The translations under genes were made by a program, and so were the position numbers. Under the pieces are notes generated by a model, which saw only the letters and a list, made by a program, of their open reading frames with translations, had not been told where the DNA came from and did no database searches. A DNA stretch of 63,041 nucleotides, counting the filler, from Sphacelaria rigidula (taxonomy: Eukaryota), in assembly GCA_964200075.2 (NCBI GenBank). It is 9 parts of 9 records of this genome, joined end to end, with 100 filler letters (N's around TTAATTAATTAA, not from the genome) between each part and the next. Parts side by side here need not be neighbours in the genome. Positions count along the whole stretch, not along the records: positions 7,017 to 13,932 come from CAXNAA020017419.1; positions 14,033 to 20,948 come from CAXNAA020017420.1; positions 21,049 to 27,964 come from CAXNAA020017421.1; 6 more parts are not named here. One strand, given 5' to 3'. Each line of letters opens with the position of its first letter. Within the stretch, counting starts at the first letter, position 1. Below are positions 11,226 through 23,518 of this stretch, in pieces.

Positions 11226-13124
11226 TCAGCGGGGGTGCCGTTTACTCTGGTTGCGACTCTCACACGGGCTGATGCATAGAATAGCGCCAGGGGCGCATCT
11301 GTATACCTGGCGAGCGATGATGCGTTGTATGAGTCATAACAGTGGTCATTAAAGATCGGGTTTGAAAATGAAGATTGGTGCTTCGATTTGGAATCAACAA
11401 CCCTGCTTACAACATTGTTGTTTCTTCTGGCCGCTGGTTGAACATGTGTCAGCGCGGAATGTAACGTTACCGGTTCATTGGGGTACGGCGCAGAATGTAG
11501 CGTGATGGGAGCCTCAACAAGTTGAGCTTCATATTTGACGATAATGGACCTTCGTCCGGTGTGTTGCTTTCTCCATGGCTGCTCTGAAGGCTGCTTCGGA
11601 ACCAACAACTCTCACCATGCGCTTTTCGAGCTTCTGCTCCTAGTATGTACTTTCACATCACAACTGTGGGCTGTTTTGGTGCCCCTCTGGAGGAGTGAGT
11701 TATTGTACTGACTGAGAAACCCGCATCTCTCCGGGTTTTTTCTTCACCAGACGATTGGCACTTTTCTCCATTGCATACGTGATGAGGTGTGGAATCTTGA
11801 ACTGTCTGTAGTTTTCAACTCCTCTCAGCTTGTGGGCTGGGATGCGGTAAGACCATCCAATACACCTCCCTTTCTTTCGTTTGCTAAATGGTGGGGAACG
11901 ACAGGTTGTGCATTCGCAGGTTGGGTAAATTTGTTTGTTAGTGCTATTTCGAGTCACCGCGTTTCCAGAGGTCAACCTGCGTGATTAATTGCCGTGCCTT
12001 TCGCACTATGGTGGTGAAAAGTTGGTTGATAAGTGTTGTTTCACTGATTAACTAGCCATCATGGTGGCATCTAATGTACGCTGATGAGACTAATTTCGCG
12101 TGTTCGCTGTTCGACAAGCCATACAGGTGACATGTACTGCACACTGACAAGTCTAAGTTCGCGTTTCGCTCTTTGATTAGTCATGCGGGTGACATATAAA
12201 TGCGCACTGAGGGTGCTAATTTCGCGTTGATCCAAACACATGACTCCAATAACCTCTCAACTCGAATAATTATGCACATGACCCATGCGTTTCACCTGAA
12301 GTAGCATTCCTTGGAGGGACCTAGTGTTTCCGGCGTCGGGGAGCACTCGATTCTCGTTCTACTTTTTTACTCCCAAGGCCTGTCTTGCCTGAATTATGTT
12401 CTGGTGTCGCCAATGTGAGGAAGGCGTGCCGCTAGAGTAGTCAGAGACCTACGGGGGAAACTGCTGTCCTGATGCCGAAGGAACTCCGAGGCTGGCGATG
12501 ATTTTGTATATGTATGCAAAACGTTGGGTCAGACGAGAAGTGGTCGCCAGGGGCGACCAGTTCCTCGGGGGATGTTGGACCGTCCTGATATTAGGCTCTT
12601 CATGGCATCACCCCGAGTTGCCTAGTTTCGTTGGCATTACAAGGTGCTCCGTAATCTGGCCCGTCCGGACCGTTCCTACGTTGTACCTGCTTGCGCTGGA
12701 TCTTCATGCATGTGCGGCATCAGTCTCTGATATGTCACTGCAAGGAGGAGTCTTCCACACTATATCTGTGCAATGCTTGTAACCCACGAGTCTGACGAGG
12801 TATACTACAAGCGCCTCTTCACCTCATGACATTTATCCGCTCTCTACCAGCTTTTCGGGGTCCCAGCGTGAAGACCCTCAGGAGCCGGTGTAAGCTGCTT
12901 CAACATATAATTCAAACTCGATTCATCCCGATAAGGTAGCCCAAGGAACGTTTGTACAAAGTTTCGTTGCGTAACTCGAAAAGCTGGTAATCCCACACGG
13001 TCGATCGCACAAGGAAAATATCGGTACTATACATTGGTCAAGTGATTAGCAGGGGGATTCCGCATAAATTCTTATACTTCAACGCACGTGGGGGCGATTG
13101 TTGTAACGTATTTTTTTTCGAGTT

Positions 13125-13770
13125 TCTCCCGTGGATTGATTTTTCGGACCCCAGTCCGTTGGGCAATGTTTTCCGCCTAGCTATGAGAAAACTAGATCAA
13201 TTCTCCGATTCTCTGGACGCTGACGTTTGGTTTATCACCTTTCTGCTCAGATCGGGAGTGATGGGATGATTTGTCGGACCCCAGTCCGTTGGGCAATGTT
13301 TTCCCCCTAGCTCTGAGCAAAGCAGATCAAATCTCCGATTCTCTGGACGCTGACTTTTTTTGGTTTATCACCTTTCCGCTCAGATCGGGAGTGATGGATT
13401 GATTTTTCGGACCCCCCAGTCCGTTGGGCAATGTTTTCCGCCTAGCTCTGAGGAGACCAGATCAATATCCGATTGATTGATTCTCTGGACGCTGATTTTT
13501 GGTTTGTATCACCTTTCTGCTCAGATTGGGAGTAGTCAGCGTCCAGAAAATAGGAGAATTGATCTGTTTTCCTCATAGCTAGGCGGAAAACATTGCCCAA
13601 CGGACTGGAGTCCGAAAAATGAATCCATCACTCCCGATCTGAGCAGAAAGATCATAAAACAAACGTCAGCGTCCAGAGAATAGGAGAGTTGATCTGCTTT
13701 CCTCGTAGCTAGGCGAAAGACATTGCCCAACGGACTGGGGTCCGAAAAATCAATCCACGGGAGAAAATCA
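13125..13770. repeat. ~130-bp tandem array (3 forward copies) that flips orientation at ~13535 (about 1.7 inverted copies)
   Basis: Unit CGGACCCCAGTCCGTTGGGCAATGTTTTCCGCCTAGCT...CTCTGGACGCTGA...CTCAGATCGGGAGTGATGG at ~13145, 13275, 13408; reverse-complement copies at 13536-13770. Confidence 0.92.
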
Positions 13771-14452
13771 GATGTAGACGGGCTGAAATCCTCATATTTA
13801 TACAAATTGTGATGAAGCTCAGAGGCGTTGCAAGATATACTCTGTGCGGGTCTGCTCGTAGACCCTGGATTCCGTGACGCGTTGTTATCGCGTTTGCTAC
13901 TGTCATAAGTTAGGGTTGTTTAGCCGCGGCCCNNNNNNNNNNNNNNNNNNNNNNNNNNNNNNNNNNNNNNNNNNNNTTAATTAATTAANNNNNNNNNNNN
14001 NNNNNNNNNNNNNNNNNNNNNNNNNNNNNNNNCCGCCCCCCCTCCCCCCCCCTCCCCCCCCCCCCCCCCACCCCCCCCCCCCCCCCCCCCCATCCCCTTC
14101 CCCCCCATCCCCTTCCCCCCCGCCCCATGAACGCACGCACTCGGTAGTGATATTGAGGTCGTGTGTGGATCATATCTTGAGTGGCCCGTTTGAATATTCT
14201 GTCCTGAAAGACCGGCTTCGCAGAAGGGTAGATCCCTCTTAGGGAAAAATAGACGATTTCCGCTGGTTGGATGGGCAGCCGAGAGCGTAGTCCAGTAGCA
14301 CTTTAGACGGGGATGTAGGTACCGGAGGCTGGTTATTTCCGCTCGGTCATCAGACCCGCGGTAAGATGTCGCAGGCACGGTAATCGCACTGCTTGATTGA
14401 TTTGGTCATGTCCCAATTACATCGCCGTATAATCACATGCTAGTGAATTCGC

Positions 14453-14660
14453 CCACCTTCGGCACCGGATCTTCTAAGGTTGGCCATATGTACTGTCTTT
14501 CTTCATTATTTATCCCTGTTTTGCTTGTATCGCGTTTTGTGAGTTTTAATCTGGGTCTGTTTTTTTACTATTAATAGCCTGTGACCACGGAAGGCGTCCG
14601 CATCAGATGCCCAGTACAAATGTACCGCGCAGATATCGGAACGGTTTTTTTAATGTGAAG

Positions 14661-14692
<32 letters not shown>

Positions 14693-14695
14693 AAG
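14453..14695 (+). mobile_element. Retroposon 3' end (SINE/LINE) with (AAC)n tail; second copy ~23620-23855
   Basis: Near-identical ~240-bp segments in contigs 3 and 4 ending GTGAAGACAACAACAAC. Confidence 0.75.
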
Positions 14696-14989
14696 AAGTT
14701 ATTTCATTTGATTATGCTGCTTACTGTACTGAGCTGGATGGTACATGAGGTATCAATAGGTGGGAGAAAGGGACAAAGGCGAGAGGGAGGGCGAGTGGCT
14801 AGGGGTGAGAGGGACACATGTGCGCACGTGACAATTGAAGTTTTGCCCGATCATGGTAATGCCAATTCGTGACTGACAGCTGATGGCGATGACCCAGCAA
14901 GGTTACAGTCGGCGCTAAAAACAATACAAAATGAATGACAGGTCATACGCAAACTGCGAATTTCGTCTTCACACGTTCGTTCCTTTCCG

Positions 14990-15280
14990 GGAGGGGGGGG
15001 GAGGGTACCCATGATCTTCCATGCCGTAGTCATACGAACAATGACCTTGCATTCCTACAAAGCCGAGACGGAGCACGCCGGGCTATCGCCGGACCATTTT
15101 TCGCAATCGAATCACGAAGCGCGAGGCGCCGCGATGTGTTCGGTGAATCGCCTGAAGGGTGACCTGCATTCTGTCAAGATTGTTGGGCCCGAAGCGCACT
15201 GATTATCTTGCATATGGATGACAATCTGCAATGAGTTGCTTCATTTTCTGGTATCGCCACTTCCAGAGACACTCACGGCC
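14990..15280 (-). mobile_element. 5'-truncated non-LTR retroelement 3' end, family B (other copies ~20040-20250, 30440-30490, 32410-32645, 35505-35595, 55958-56026)
   Basis: Dispersed homologous segments ending GGGATGCGAGGTCAATGGTC...GGCATGCAAGATCATGRGTAC followed by a C-rich tail. Confidence 0.7.
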
Positions 15281-15284
15281 AGTA

Positions 15285-15600
15285 GTGTATACCGCTTGGT
15301 CGATTAGAAACGTTCGAATGTTATTGCTTGATTTTAGTGCAAACACCTCTATTCGGATCTTGAGCGGGGCTGACAGCCCCAACTGCCCATCGCGTGCGCA
15401 GAAGGCGTTTTCGTCAAAATCGGCGCCTGCGGCGCCGATTTGAGGTCCGCCAACGCCACACTTTGTCTAGGAAAGGCATCACACCCCCCTCGCCCGAGGG
15501 TTCTCGGTATACCTCGGGGTGGGGTCAGGAATTTTGGGTTAGCGTTATTTTCAAAAAGATGTTTCCGAGAAATTTCTGCGTCGACCAAATGGTCAACACA
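15285..15600. repeat. ~315-bp foldback / MITE-like element
   Basis: Ends GTGTATACCGCTTGGTCGA / TCGACCAAATGGTCAACAC; central palindrome AAATCGGCGCCTGCGGCGCCGATTT. Confidence 0.65.
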
Positions 15601-16316
15601 CCTCGTGAACACACGTCGTTACGGCTTCCATATTGCCTCATGGGTGTCGCACCATTTTTACACGTCCTTCTCGGGGAGAGGGGGAAGGAGAATCACATTG
15701 TGGGGTCGGGGGTGGGGTGAGGTGGGGGCGCACTGGTACCGCCCGCCTATCCACCATAGTCCTACAGCACTTGCATTAACCTATCCTAAAGCGCTAATTT
15801 GCGGTCATCGCGCTCGGCAACGTTTCTGGGCAAAATCGATGTACGGTATAACTGATGGGTTTGAGGTACGGGCACATCGGCGATATACAATACTCCGGAA
15901 TATATCGCTGCTTCTACGTGGTGATGAAGTTTTTTCCTCCCCTTCCTCAGGGCATGTGCTTTGTCTCGAGGAATCACGCCATTTCCCCCCTGGTGCGTGT
16001 CCTGCGTTTTTCACACACCCTGGGCAAAAGAATACACAGTCAAAAATTGTACTGCGTACAGTATCGACTATTGCGCCTATTGCAATAGACAATATATTCC
16101 ACACTGTACGCAGTACATTTTTTTACAATAGAATCTTCTGTCCAGGGCATGGTTTTTTATAATTCAAGCATGAAATCAACACTCCCTCAGCCGCTTTATC
16201 GACGTTTATCACCATTTTTCGTCCTCATGGTAGTTGCGGACTGTGAAAACCAGTGAAAAGCCCCTACTGTTCTTTCGGGATTCGAACCTACACAGTTCAC
16301 TCGAACAAGGACTGTC

Positions 16317-16805
16317 TAGTGCCGGAGCTCATGGGAGCATGGCGGTACGTGAACTGTGCCAAGTTGACAGGGGGTTTTAGTGGGAGCATCCCTCACACTC
16401 AGTGCCTCGACCAAAGCTTGCGAACGCTCGAGGCAGCTACCCCACATGACTGCCGCGAGGCAGTCTAGCCGAGCCTTCGGGTAACATAGGCACACGAACT
16501 TGCTCGCGAGGTAAGTGTTGGATTGGGTTTCCTTACTCCGTCCAGGAAAAGAAAAAACAAACAGGTATTGTTGTACATGATATAAAATACATACATTTTT
16601 TTTTTCCTTGATGGAAGGAGGAAACCCAACCCAACACTTACCCCACTGACGATCGCAAACGATCGCGGGCGAGTTCGTGTGCCGATTAACCGAAGGCTCG
16701 GCTAGACCGCCTTGCGGCGGTCATGTGGGGGATGCTCCCACTAAAACTCCCTGTCAACTTGGCGCGGGACACGCGCCGCCCTGCTCTCAAGAGCTTCGGC
16801 CCTAG
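16317..16805. repeat. ~490-bp foldback
   Basis: GCCAAGTTGACAGGGGGTTTTAGTGGGAGCATCCC and CTAGCCGAGCCTTCGG...GGCACACGAACT...GGTAAGTGTTGG are mirrored on the right arm; AT-rich loop ~16560-16595. Confidence 0.88.
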
Positions 16806-16854
16806 AAAATACATACAATGAATACAAGACTATATAGAGAAACAAGTTTATGCA

Positions 16855-17210
16855 GGTCGCCCCGGTGGCTCAGTTGGTAATCTCGAAACCCTCTGACGAT
16901 TGGGTCGTGGGTTCAATTCTCGGAGCGATCTCGGATTTTTTCTCACACCATTCCCAACAATGATGGAGAGCGACTATGTCATGGGTACACAAAATTCGAC
17001 TTGACGGTCGACGAGGGAAAGGGGACTGCTGAACCTTTGCGATATAAATTAAGGCAAGCAACGCAGAAGGAATGTGGAGTACAAAAAAATAAATTAAGGA
17101 GAAAAAGCTCCTGTGTTGACCTTCCTCTTGCGTAACGCCGGCTGGTGCGCCCATGTATACCGAAGGGTGCAGACCGGCGCCCAGAATAGGTGGGACGACA
17201 ACACACACAA
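16855..17210 (+). mobile_element. Full-length tRNA-derived SINE
   Basis: 5' tRNA-like head with A box TGGCTCAGTTGG and B box GGTTCAATTCT, an unrelated body, and a (CA)n-type tail. Homologous pieces at 48805-49011. Confidence 0.85.
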
Positions 17211-17267
17211 ATTTCAACAAGGGTTGACAATGAAAAAATACAACCCTTCTTATTCACACTTTAATTC

Positions 17268-17328
17268 CCTCCCCTTCCTTCCTCGGGATGAGCCCGTGAT
17301 GTCAAGGGATCAACGCATCTCTTCCCCG
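17268..17328 (-). repeat. Short dispersed retroposon 3' motif (other copies ~17725-17797, 43070-43130, 46610-46675)
   Basis: TTGATCCCTTGAGANCACGGRCTCRTCCSGAGGARG motif found four times in two contigs, followed by AAAGTGYGAC-like end and an A-rich tail. Confidence 0.6.
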
Positions 17329-18051
17329 GTACTATACTCGGTACTAGTACTAAATAGAGTAATGATTTTTTCAAAGGGTTGAGGTGGGTTGGAGGTTGGA
17401 TTACTATTTTTTGGAAAAAGGAAACACATTACACAACCAGTTTGACCGCGAGGACGCTTTGGTGGATTCCCGGATATTCTACTCCACCTCATGTGCAATA
17501 TACATTACCAATCCCGGCCGAAGCTCGATCTCTTATTCCATTGTCGGAATTCACCTTCACCAAGTTATGGGTGCAGTTTGTCTTCGACGAGCTGAGGTAC
17601 AGAGTAGGCGACACTTTCAGTGCGGCTCGCATTACAAAAGGTACTGCTGAGCTGTATTATTAACGACAACAGTATAATGCTTTTGGAAGTGTAATTATTT
17701 ATTATTCATTATTTATGTTTTATTTGTCGCACTTTGAACCCCGCCCTTTCCTCGGGATGAGTCCGTGTTCTCAAGGGATCAAGCCATCTCTCCCCCAATA
17801 CACGCCTTGCATTTTGGTCTCGCGGATTGGATCATGACCGACACTCCCGCACCGCCTCAACCACGTCAAACAAACTCAGTCGACTATCTTGTTTACTCCA
17901 GTTCTCCCGCTTTCCACCGTGAAAATCACATACTACGAAGAAAAAAACTAACGCATCGGGAGTCGAACCCTCATTCTCTCCACCCTAATGGCGACAGTCG
18001 GACCAAAACAATAACGGGGCGCGGCTAAAAAAAAATGAACTAACACATCTA

Positions 18052-18592
18052 CGAGCTGGGCCAGCAGTGAATCCCGCATTTGCATGTCACACCATAACTT
18101 ATCATGTTTACCAAATCAGCCATACATGAGTCTATCGGTGTGACCTGCAGATCAACCTGGTAACGCACGGCACCGCCGCTGAATGAAAAAAAAGGAATCC
18201 GTCGGGATTCGATCTCGTGACCTCCAAAACTGGAGTCTCCTCTCCTCCATCACTTGGGTTAGAGTGGCGCAGCGGTGTCACACAGAAGGTGCCGTGCTGC
18301 GCCCAATTTTAGGTATTTTGGCCGACACTGCACCAGGATCTCCTGCACACAAGTACGCACAACAGCATGAGGAATGCCGATGTAATTCTCTATTTTCACG
18401 GAGTTCTGGCATCTTTCCAGATTTTGCAAAAACTTCAAATCGCTGTAACTCTTTCTTTTTTTTGCATCCCCCGGAAGATTGTGCGTATTGATGGTGAAAA
18501 TGTCGTGTCAAGAATTTCGGCACCCAACTTCTCGAATTACCCACAGCCGGACCCGGATACATTGAAAAATCACTGTCAGCTGGCCCAGCTCG
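18052..18592. mobile_element. MITE, 541 bp, perfect 14-bp TIR CGAGCTGGGCCAGC, TA TSD
   Basis: TA|CGAGCTGGGCCAGC...GCTGGCCCAGCTCG|TA read directly; the same TIR bounds 44073-45246 and 58929-61310. Confidence 0.88.
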
Positions 18593-19177
18593 TATACCTT
18601 TCAATATTCGGACCCAGAAAGGTACGTACTACTAGTGACCTATGACGCGATATTGGTAAAACAGGCAACGGGCATTGTTTTTGCTTGAACGTCTTGACGC
18701 ACATCAACTATGGATATGTGCTGCATCTATGCCTTGGAAACGTTCCGGAGAAACACAAATTGCCGCCTCATGTGGCCATGTGCAAAAGAGCGGCCGTCCA
18801 CCGAAACCCGCTGTACCCTTGATTTCCAGAAGGTATACCCGATTTGGTCTTTATGAATACCTTATTTTTTTACTGATACTTTTCTTTTTCATGTACCTCA
18901 GGCCGTGTCTCATCGAAACAGATGCATCTGTATTCTGAAACTGTGTTGCCTCAAAACTGCCTGCGATTGGTCGCTGCGATCTCACCCCTTAGAATAAGTC
19001 CAGAAGAATCTGGTTTGAGAGACAAATCCTGTTTTCAGATCGAAGGGGAACACAAAGTTCATCGTTGACAAGGAAACGTGCAAAAGGTGTTACACAGAAC
19101 CCAATACAACCGCGCGTGGACCTGAGGAACCAACCCTCTGCCTGCGCAAACCAACAGAACACAGTAACGAATGAGGT

Positions 19178-19211
<34 letters not shown>

Positions 19212-21594
19212 TCCTCTTCCCCCCGTCGGCAGCCCGGCGCGCCTCCCTAGAGGNNNNNNNNNNGGGCGCGAGGGACCCCCCCTCTCCCCCCGCCAACCAC
19301 CACAACCCAAAAACGAGTGAGGGGCCCCCCCCCCCCCCCCCCCCCTCCCCCTTCATGACTCTATTGGGAGTAGGAACGGTGCTCCGTCTCGAAAGAGATG
19401 CGCGGTCAATGGTCACACGACTAAGGCAAGAAGCAAATGAGTACGCCCCCTCTTCATGTCAGCCTAGTCCGGCGAGAACCGGGCGTGCTGCGTCCCGGCT
19501 CTGTAGGAGGGGCGGACCCCCGATGGGGTTGGCGTCGATTGGCGATGACGCTGTAAAACACGCCACTCACTGCGTTACCTAGGCAACCAGGCTACCGTTT
19601 TTTTTTTGCGCGATTGCGTTTTTTTTTTGCGGTAACCATGATGAACAACGTTTTGGTGAAATTGAGAGTTAAAGGTACGATTGAGAGTGAAAGCGGTCAA
19701 TTAGTAAATAAGCCGCTTCAGTTCCGAAATGCACCTCCACCAGACCCAATATTATCTCTGTAGTAGCTTGCCACTGAGGCCCTCGATACCCCTGAGTAGG
19801 ATACCAACGTGTAGCTATAAGCACATGGCAGTGATGAGACGACGAAACGTACACACGGAATGAAAAGTTGGCCATGTTGAAGCGAATGACCAAAGCCACT
19901 CTCAATCCGCACCCAACTCTCAATCTCACGAAAACCTTGTTGATGGTAGTCGAGCTACATCATGTTGTGCGGCGTGAGAGAACCTCAACCCCGCACAAAA
20001 GCGATGATCGTACCACGTAGTGTCCAAGAGGTATAAATCGTGGCTGTCTCTAGAAGTGGCGATGCCAGAAAATAAAGCAACTCATTGTAGGCTGTCATTC
20101 AAATGCAGGATAATTAGTGGNNNNNNNNGGCTTTGTAGGGATGCGAGGTCAATGGTCTTCTGACTATGGCATGCATGATCATAAGTACCCCTCTTTCTGT
20201 GAGTATGACTACGGCATGCAAGATCATGAGTACACCGCCTCCTTCTTCTTGGCCTTGCGGAAAAATGCTGTTCATTAACCAAAACCCACCATTGAAGCAG
20301 TATGAAGGCCTCTGCAAGCCTCTGCAAGCCTCTACTTCGGCTGCAGGAGTAATTCATGTACATGGATGGGTGGCTCTATCGTCCTGGGGGGGGGGGTACT
20401 CTTCGTTGCTGGCCTTGGTCGTTTGACCATTGACCACGCATCCCTTGAGGGACGGAGGGGGGCGGGGGCGGATACGAGTTTTCAAATAGCCCTCGTATGA
20501 GATTGTTTTCATGTGACCTTGATGGGTTCATATGCACGCACTTTGACCTAGGATCGCTTACATTTTTGAGAAAAAAACAATCGCAGGCAGAGTTGCTATT
20601 TCATCGACAAGGTGGGATGTTTTGTATGCTTTATCTGCGGCCTCGTGGTTAGCAAAAATACCTTCATACAGAATCCCTTGGTTTCAGTTCACAGTAGCGC
20701 TATCCCTCCCTCAAAACGTCCCCGCATAGTATTTTATGACGCTCACATGCACCGCAGATATTCCACGGTTAAGACGAATCATCACGGGTTCGAATCACCA
20801 AATCCACGATTTCTCCGGCCTGATTGCCCAAAAGGGAGAAAGGAGTCGACCGCTGGTCCAAGGGGCATCCACGCAACGTTCGCGCCATTCCACGTGTCTA
20901 GGCTGCTTGTACCTGGGTCGCACCGCGGAAACCAAAGCCTAGGGATCGNNNNNNNNNNNNNNNNNNNNNNNNNNNNNNNNNNNNNNNNNNNNTTAATTAA
21001 TTAANNNNNNNNNNNNNNNNNNNNNNNNNNNNNNNNNNNNNNNNNNNNGTTGCGTGGATATCCCTTGGACCAGCGGTCAACTTTTCTCTCCCTTTTGCGC
21101 AATCAGGCGAAAGAAATCGTGGATTTGGTGATTCGTAGTCGTGATGATTCTTCCTAACCGTGGACTCTTGATATTATTCTCACACCAACTACAAGACCGG
21201 ACCGTCTTCGCTATTTTTGAGTTGTGTGCTTCGAGCCCAAATAGATCCACTGGGTTATAGCCCTTCCCAGGGCACGTCCCGCGCTCAGCAGAAAAAATCG
21301 GACAATCAACTATTATTTCTTCTGCAGGTTTTGAGGGTCGGCTTGAAAAGCACGTGGAAATGAGGATCAACCCCGAACGTCTCACTGGTGCGGAGGTGTA
21401 TGTGGCGTCTGAAGGGAACAGCGTTACCTTGACGCATGATTTCTCCCTGTCAAGGATGTAGTCTAAAATCGAAATCAAGTGTATCGCAAGAAACGAAGAA
21501 AAAGGGGCGATGGTTCAGGATGGTTAGTAGAGTGTCGCCAAACAGCCCGGACACTTTTCGGGGGCTAGCAACCCCCCCGCGTTTAGCATCCCTA

Positions 21595-21814
21595 CACACG
21601 CAGCCATTTGGCTACACCCCAAAATGCCTCCGGAGGAATGCGCGGCCCTCCAGAGGCAAAACAAGCCTCCGTAGGCCTTCAATCTCGCTGGAGGAAACCA
21701 AACACTACTGCCCTGGAGGGCCACGCACCCCTCCAGAGGCCTTTAGCTCCTATGGAGGCTCGAAAAGTTTACCGCCCTGGAGGAATTTTCGGGATAGCCG
21801 AATGGCCGCGTGTC
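21595..21814. mobile_element. MITE with CACACGC... TIR and 2-bp TSD (TA); CMC/EnSpm-like ends
   Basis: TA|CACACGCAGCCATTTGGCTAC...TAGCCGAATGGCCGCGTGTC|TA; internal CCTCCAGAGG/CTGGAGGG repeats shared with 23519-24173. Confidence 0.7.
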
Positions 21815-21999
21815 TAACGCTCATCATGTTAGCTGTTGGGCTTGAAGCCCATATTTGCTTATACTTTGTACTTATTAGTTATGGTTGACGTTGTTTTCGC
21901 TTCTCGCAATTTCGTTCAAACCACCACGCGTGCGAGACTCATGTGCCGTTGGTACCTGCGGCGGTGCTGCCACGTGCGTCAGCCGTGGCTTACCACTAG

Positions 22000-23270
22000 T
22001 ATATATATATTGTCGAACACAATAGATGGTGAAACACATCTTTTAGCATGTATTGCAACGGATAAAATAGATGTTGCAAGAGTCGATCAGAAGTATATTG
22101 CAATGGCAATGGTAATGGATTAAGATCATCAGCCATCGATGGACATCGTTTACCGCAATAGATTCTGGGACGTATTTATCGATAGCCACTGCCATACTTG
22201 ATAGATTTAGTGAGACACCCATCGATAGTCATTGCCATTATCAATAGACTTGGTGAGCCGTCTATCGGTAGCCTTTTGTTGTTGTCAATAGAGTTTGTGA
22301 ACTTATCTATCAATAGCCCCTGCCGCCAAGAAGGGATTTTAGGGTATCTCTCAATAATCATTGCCGTCAAAAATTGATGTTCTAGGGAGGATCTATCGAT
22401 AGTCAGTGACGCCAACGATAGGTTTTGATAAATATATGGCTCACTGCAGTGGTCTTATGACATCAACAGCAGTATTCTTTGCACATGAATACGCAACCAC
22501 CTGAGGCGGTAGTTGGCCATGGCTTCTGTGGGAAAAGGTAGAAACATGTACCGAGAATGTGCGTACGAAGACTAATGCCGAGATAGCCCCCCCACAAAAA
22601 GTGCACCGGCACCATCCAACGAACCGGCTGCGATCCCACTATTGGGCTCGTTTGCAGCATTTCGCCCACATGAGAGGCGTGTAGCAGTTCGAAATCAGCT
22701 ATAACGCCCAAATCAGTCGCGTCGTACAGCACGAAACCAACTTTAACGGCAGTTATAATCATCGCCCCCGTGCACGTTTTCGGCCGGTTTTGGGGGGGGG
22801 GCTATCTCGGCAGCAGTCCGAGGTACATAGCTAGTAATCGACGCCGTTCAGCTCCTGTTGTGACCAGCAATAGATATCGGTGGCCGCGGTTGAAATTGAA
22901 TTCTGTCTACCGATAGACATCGGTGACCGCGATTCGGATTATATTGTGACCAGTAATAGACATCGGTGGGTGCCGTTTAGATCCTGTTGTGACCAACAAT
23001 ATGTATTGGAGGCCGCGTTGCAGATCCTACTGCGATTAGTGATAGAGATTGGTGGCCGCAATTCAGAGCCCAATGCAAAAAACAACGTGTCTTGATAGAA
23101 AACGTGGCCAATAGAACATTGCGGCTGCAACAGCGTCGAAAGCTTGGCTGTCAATGTTTATTGTCAGTCATAATCGAATGACATCACTGTCTATCGATAG
23201 CTATTGTAGGTGACAAAAGATTCGGAACAAGGGACAGAATGTATCCTTGCCGTGGCAATGGAGCATACAT
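22000..23270. repeat. ATCGAT-rich dispersed element with degenerate ~38-40 bp internal tandem units (related: 24640-25110; inverted copy ~43940-44070 + 45249-45720)
   Basis: Recurrent CTATCGATAG / CCRTCATCAATAGATTTG units; 22000-22100 matches the reverse complement of 45635-45720. Confidence 0.75.
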
Positions 23271-23518
23271 AGTCTATTGTCTAGGGTATAAGCACATTTC
23301 ACCCTACGCAAAACATGCTATGAGCGCTCATGTCCATCAGAGGCACAAACCCTGAGGACCAACATCACACCGACAACAAAATTCGCGAAATGTTGTCCAT
23401 ACGTATTGCAGATCCCTACATCACACAAGCTTTCCAAAATTGTAGAAACGCGACGTCGTATTTTCACAAGTACTGTTATCATATACCCACTGCATGTTCA
23501 CCTGCGGCTCCTCTACCG

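Larger units (their letters stand above)
7262..12759 (-). mobile_element. Degenerate Ty3/Gypsy LTR retrotransposon, same family as 958-5315, retaining protease and integrase relics
   Basis: 5' LTR 12414-12759 with PBS; truncated 3' LTR ~7262-7494 with PPT. Protease lies upstream of a terminal integrase with GPF motif (Gypsy order). No RT/RNase H motifs seen between them. Confidence 0.9.

Noticed and set aside
13125..13535. CRISPR-like regularly spaced repeats
   Set aside because: The whole ~130-bp unit is repeated, there are no unique spacers and no cas genes, and the context is eukaryotic.
15440..16162. 240-aa ORF (and the 245-aa ORF at 47306..48043)
   Set aside because: Both run through foldback, tandem or (CA)n repeats, with no recognisable domain or coding-like composition.
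16855..16930. tRNA gene
   Set aside because: A and B boxes are present but I could not form a proper cloverleaf. It continues into a body and tail found elsewhere, so it is a SINE head.
20760..21170. Apparent inverted repeat straddling the third spacer (20760-20880 vs 21049-21167)
   Set aside because: The arms lie on different contigs. They are two copies of a dispersed repeat at contig ends, and their adjacency is artificial.
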